From Chlorokybus atmophyticus (taxonomy: Eukaryota > Plantae > Mesostigma and Chlorokybus algae): a stretch of 64,000 nucleotides of DNA. The stretch covers positions 1 to 64,000 of the forward strand of contig RHPI01000017.1 of the NCBI GenBank assembly GCA_009103225.1. The letters run 5' to 3'. The first letter of the stretch is position 1; each line of letters opens with the position of its first letter. Of the stretch, positions 61,460 through 64,000 are shown piece after piece. Below the pieces are notes generated by a model. The model was not told where the DNA came from, searched no databases, and worked only from the letters and a program-made list of their open reading frames with translations. The position numbers and the translations under genes are program-made.

Positions 61460-64000
61460 TGTGACGGTGCTCGTGCCTTGTCACCTGTAAGTTGGTCCAA
61501 TCCACAACCCTCTCACCAAGACACGGTATTCACACCGGAACCTTGCCCCCTCTGCCAAGCACACACGCGCGCCCCGCCACTCGCGTACGCACGCGCATGC
61601 GCTCGAAGTTACACACCGACTTGTGTAGCGCCTTGGATCGTCACACAAGCAAGCACACACCAGTGGACACACGTTAGTAACCCCTGCTAACCACCACCAA
61701 GCTTGCACGCAAGAAACTAGGGAGCTAAAGGTTGTATTGCACAAAGTGAGATGTCCTTTTTATACCTACCAATCTGCACATGCTACTGTTTAGACATTTC
61801 TCGAGCTAGACGGAATTAGAAGCTAAAATATTCTTGTAGAACCTTGTAGCACACTTCTAGACCTTTCCTACGCATCAAGGAACTCCTTGAAAGATGCCCA
61901 CATTGCAAAGTTATACTATTTGGCGCCAGGCCCTTCCAGAAATCTAGTCAAGTCCTTCTCGACTGGCCCTCCGCTTTTTGGCGTCTTTTAGACCAGTTCT
62001 GGGACCGGTCGATATCTGCGGCAGACTCACAACCTACCGATATCCGCCACAAGTCATGAAAACGTCGTGCTTAATGAATAGGCCAAAAAAGGTCCTAAGA
62101 TCATGAAACTCGGCCTCGACTGTTACACTCCTCCCCCCTTAGGTGAGCTTCGTCCTCGAAGCTCGCGAGGTTGTCATGATCGTCGTTGCAGAACTTGTTG
62201 TGCATTCGCCAGGTGCTCCTCCGGTTCTCAAGTGGCCTTATGCATAGGGTAGCCCTTCCACTTCACGAAGTATTTGCGCACGTTGCGCACCAGTTTCTCC
62301 CCCACAATGTCCTCCACTTCATATTCCACATGATTGACTGTAGTAACTTAGGCGGTGGACATAATGGTGATTCTCCTCGATATGGTTTCAGCAGGGATAT
62401 ACGAAAGACAGGATGGATGTGCATAGTCTTAGGTAGTTGCAACTTATACACGACGTCCGAGAACATCTTTATGACATTAAAAGGTCAAAGCCAACATTCA
62501 CTCAACTTGCGAACTCCAGCACGCACCCGTAGTTCCTTGCAAAAAGCATAACCATGTCGCCTTCTCGAAATGTGACATGTCGGCGATGCGCGTCCGCGTA
62601 TTGTGTTTGCCTATTTTGTGCCACCAATAGCGCCTCCCTCGCTGCCTTGTTGATGTCCGCACACGTTGGAAGAAAATTGCTTACAACTTCCACATCAATG
62701 TCACTTCGTTGCGGTGTCCATGTTGTCAGCGGTGTCAGCGTGTGTTGGCCATAGTTCATGAGAAAGGGGGTGACACCCGTGCTTGCATTGGTGTGGTTGT
62801 TGATGGCAAATTCCACCACTTTCAGCAACTCCGCCCAATTGTTTGTGAAGCGGGATCCACGATCGCTCACAATGCTTCGTGGTAGTCCGTGGGAACGAAA
62901 GATATGCTTCATAAACAAGCTTGCTGCCTCTAGTGCCGTGCAAGACTCATAACACGGTGTCAAGTGTACCATTTTGCTGGTTTTGTCCACAAACACGAAT
63001 ATTGCGTCGTACCCTTCTGTTGTCTTCGGCAGCCCCGTAATAAAGTCCATAGTATAGTTGCTCCCACTTGGACAATGGCACGGGAAAGGGTTGTAGCAAC
63101 CCACCTGGCTCTTGGTTGCTTGCTTTCACCATTTGACATGCGTCGCACAACGCCACATAGTCGCGTACATCACGATGCATCTCCCGCCAGTGACAGCGTT
63201 GTTTCAAGCTTGCTAACGTCCTCTCCACTCCTTGGTGGCAAGCAATGGGTACGTCATGAGCTTCTTTAAGGAGTTGAACGCGTATATGTGCAACATTGGG
63301 GATGTACAAGCGGCCATGATGCCATAATAGGCCGTCTTGCTTTGTCCAATGTCCACTTGTGTCCGTTGCTGTGCTCTCCATGTCCCGCAAGACTCTCCTA
63401 CCTTCTGTGTCTTCGCAAAGCACTTGTCGGATCTAGTCGGCCCACTCCGGTTGCACTTGAGCGAGTGCTTCAATCGCATATAACCGGCTTAGCGCGTCGG
63501 CCACAATATTAGACGTACCGGGCTTGTACTTGATCTTAAAAGTTGAAAGAACTCCAACCACCGCGCTTGTCTCCAGCTTAAATGTGGTTGTGTCTGTAAG
63601 TACCTCGATGTTGGATGGTCCGTCTCTAGCACGAACCTTTTGCCCTCAAGAAAGCAATCTGCAACGCCATTGTCGCAGCGCCAATAGCTCCTTCTCGTGC
63701 ACAGGGTAGTTCAGCTCTGCTCCACTCAATTTTTTACTATAGAACGCTACAGGTTGAAGACCCATGCCTTGGTCTTGCTGTAACACAGCTCTCACAGCCC
63801 TGTTGCGGACCAGTTTCAGGAGGCCATATATTGTGCTGCGGGCCTGCGTAGGACAACATCACAGCATGTTACCAGGAACGCATCACAAGTTGTGCCCAGC
63901 ATGCCATTGGCGCTAGCCAATGGGCACGACATCGACAGTACTTGCCGGTCAGTCCCGGTGATGAGACACCAAATCTGGCCAAGGAGGTCAGTGAAGCTGT
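61460..64000 (-). mobile_element. Second Ty3/gypsy chromovirus, 3' part: RNase H, integrase, chromodomain, PPT (62128-62140), 3' LTR (61460-62127); decayed and running off the window
   Basis: HDVPIACHQG..CDACQ, MDFITGLP, IVSDRGSRF, HPVFRISLLKPY, YEVEDIVG..YFVKWKGY; AAGGGGGGAGGAG PPT; LTR TGTAACA...CGTCACA. Frameshifts and stops present. Confidence 0.9.

Overview
Eukaryotic, intron-rich, transposon-dense scaffold with two N gaps, most likely from a green alga. That assignment is inferred from a nuclear flavodiiron gene, chromoviruses, CA-rich GT-AG introns and TTAGGG-like motifs. The only clearly intact host gene is a minus-strand NVL/Rix7/CDC48C-type double-AAA ATPase (30.6-35.0 kb). A heavily frameshifted FLVA-type flavodiiron pseudogene lies at 23.4-26.3 kb. 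The rest is mostly nested or decayed mobile DNA: (1) a head-to-head pair of a ParB-like gene and a Sola2-like DDD transposase that share one palindromic motif family; (2) a full-length Ty3/gypsy chromovirus (GCACA TSD) inside a pogo/DDE_1 transposase; (3) a Penelope-like RT fragment; (4) a gag-only element with split direct repeats; (5) a MULE/SWIM transposase; (6) a decayed SAM-domain gene; (7) a truncated copia; (8) a DIRS-like RT interrupted by a second chromovirus. The most unusual items are the ParB-like/Sola2 unit with its palindrome arrays, a methyltransferase-like insert and in-frame TAG between gag and pol of the chromovirus, the gag-only split-repeat element, and the decayed FLVA. 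All family assignments come from motif recognition by eye; no searches were run.
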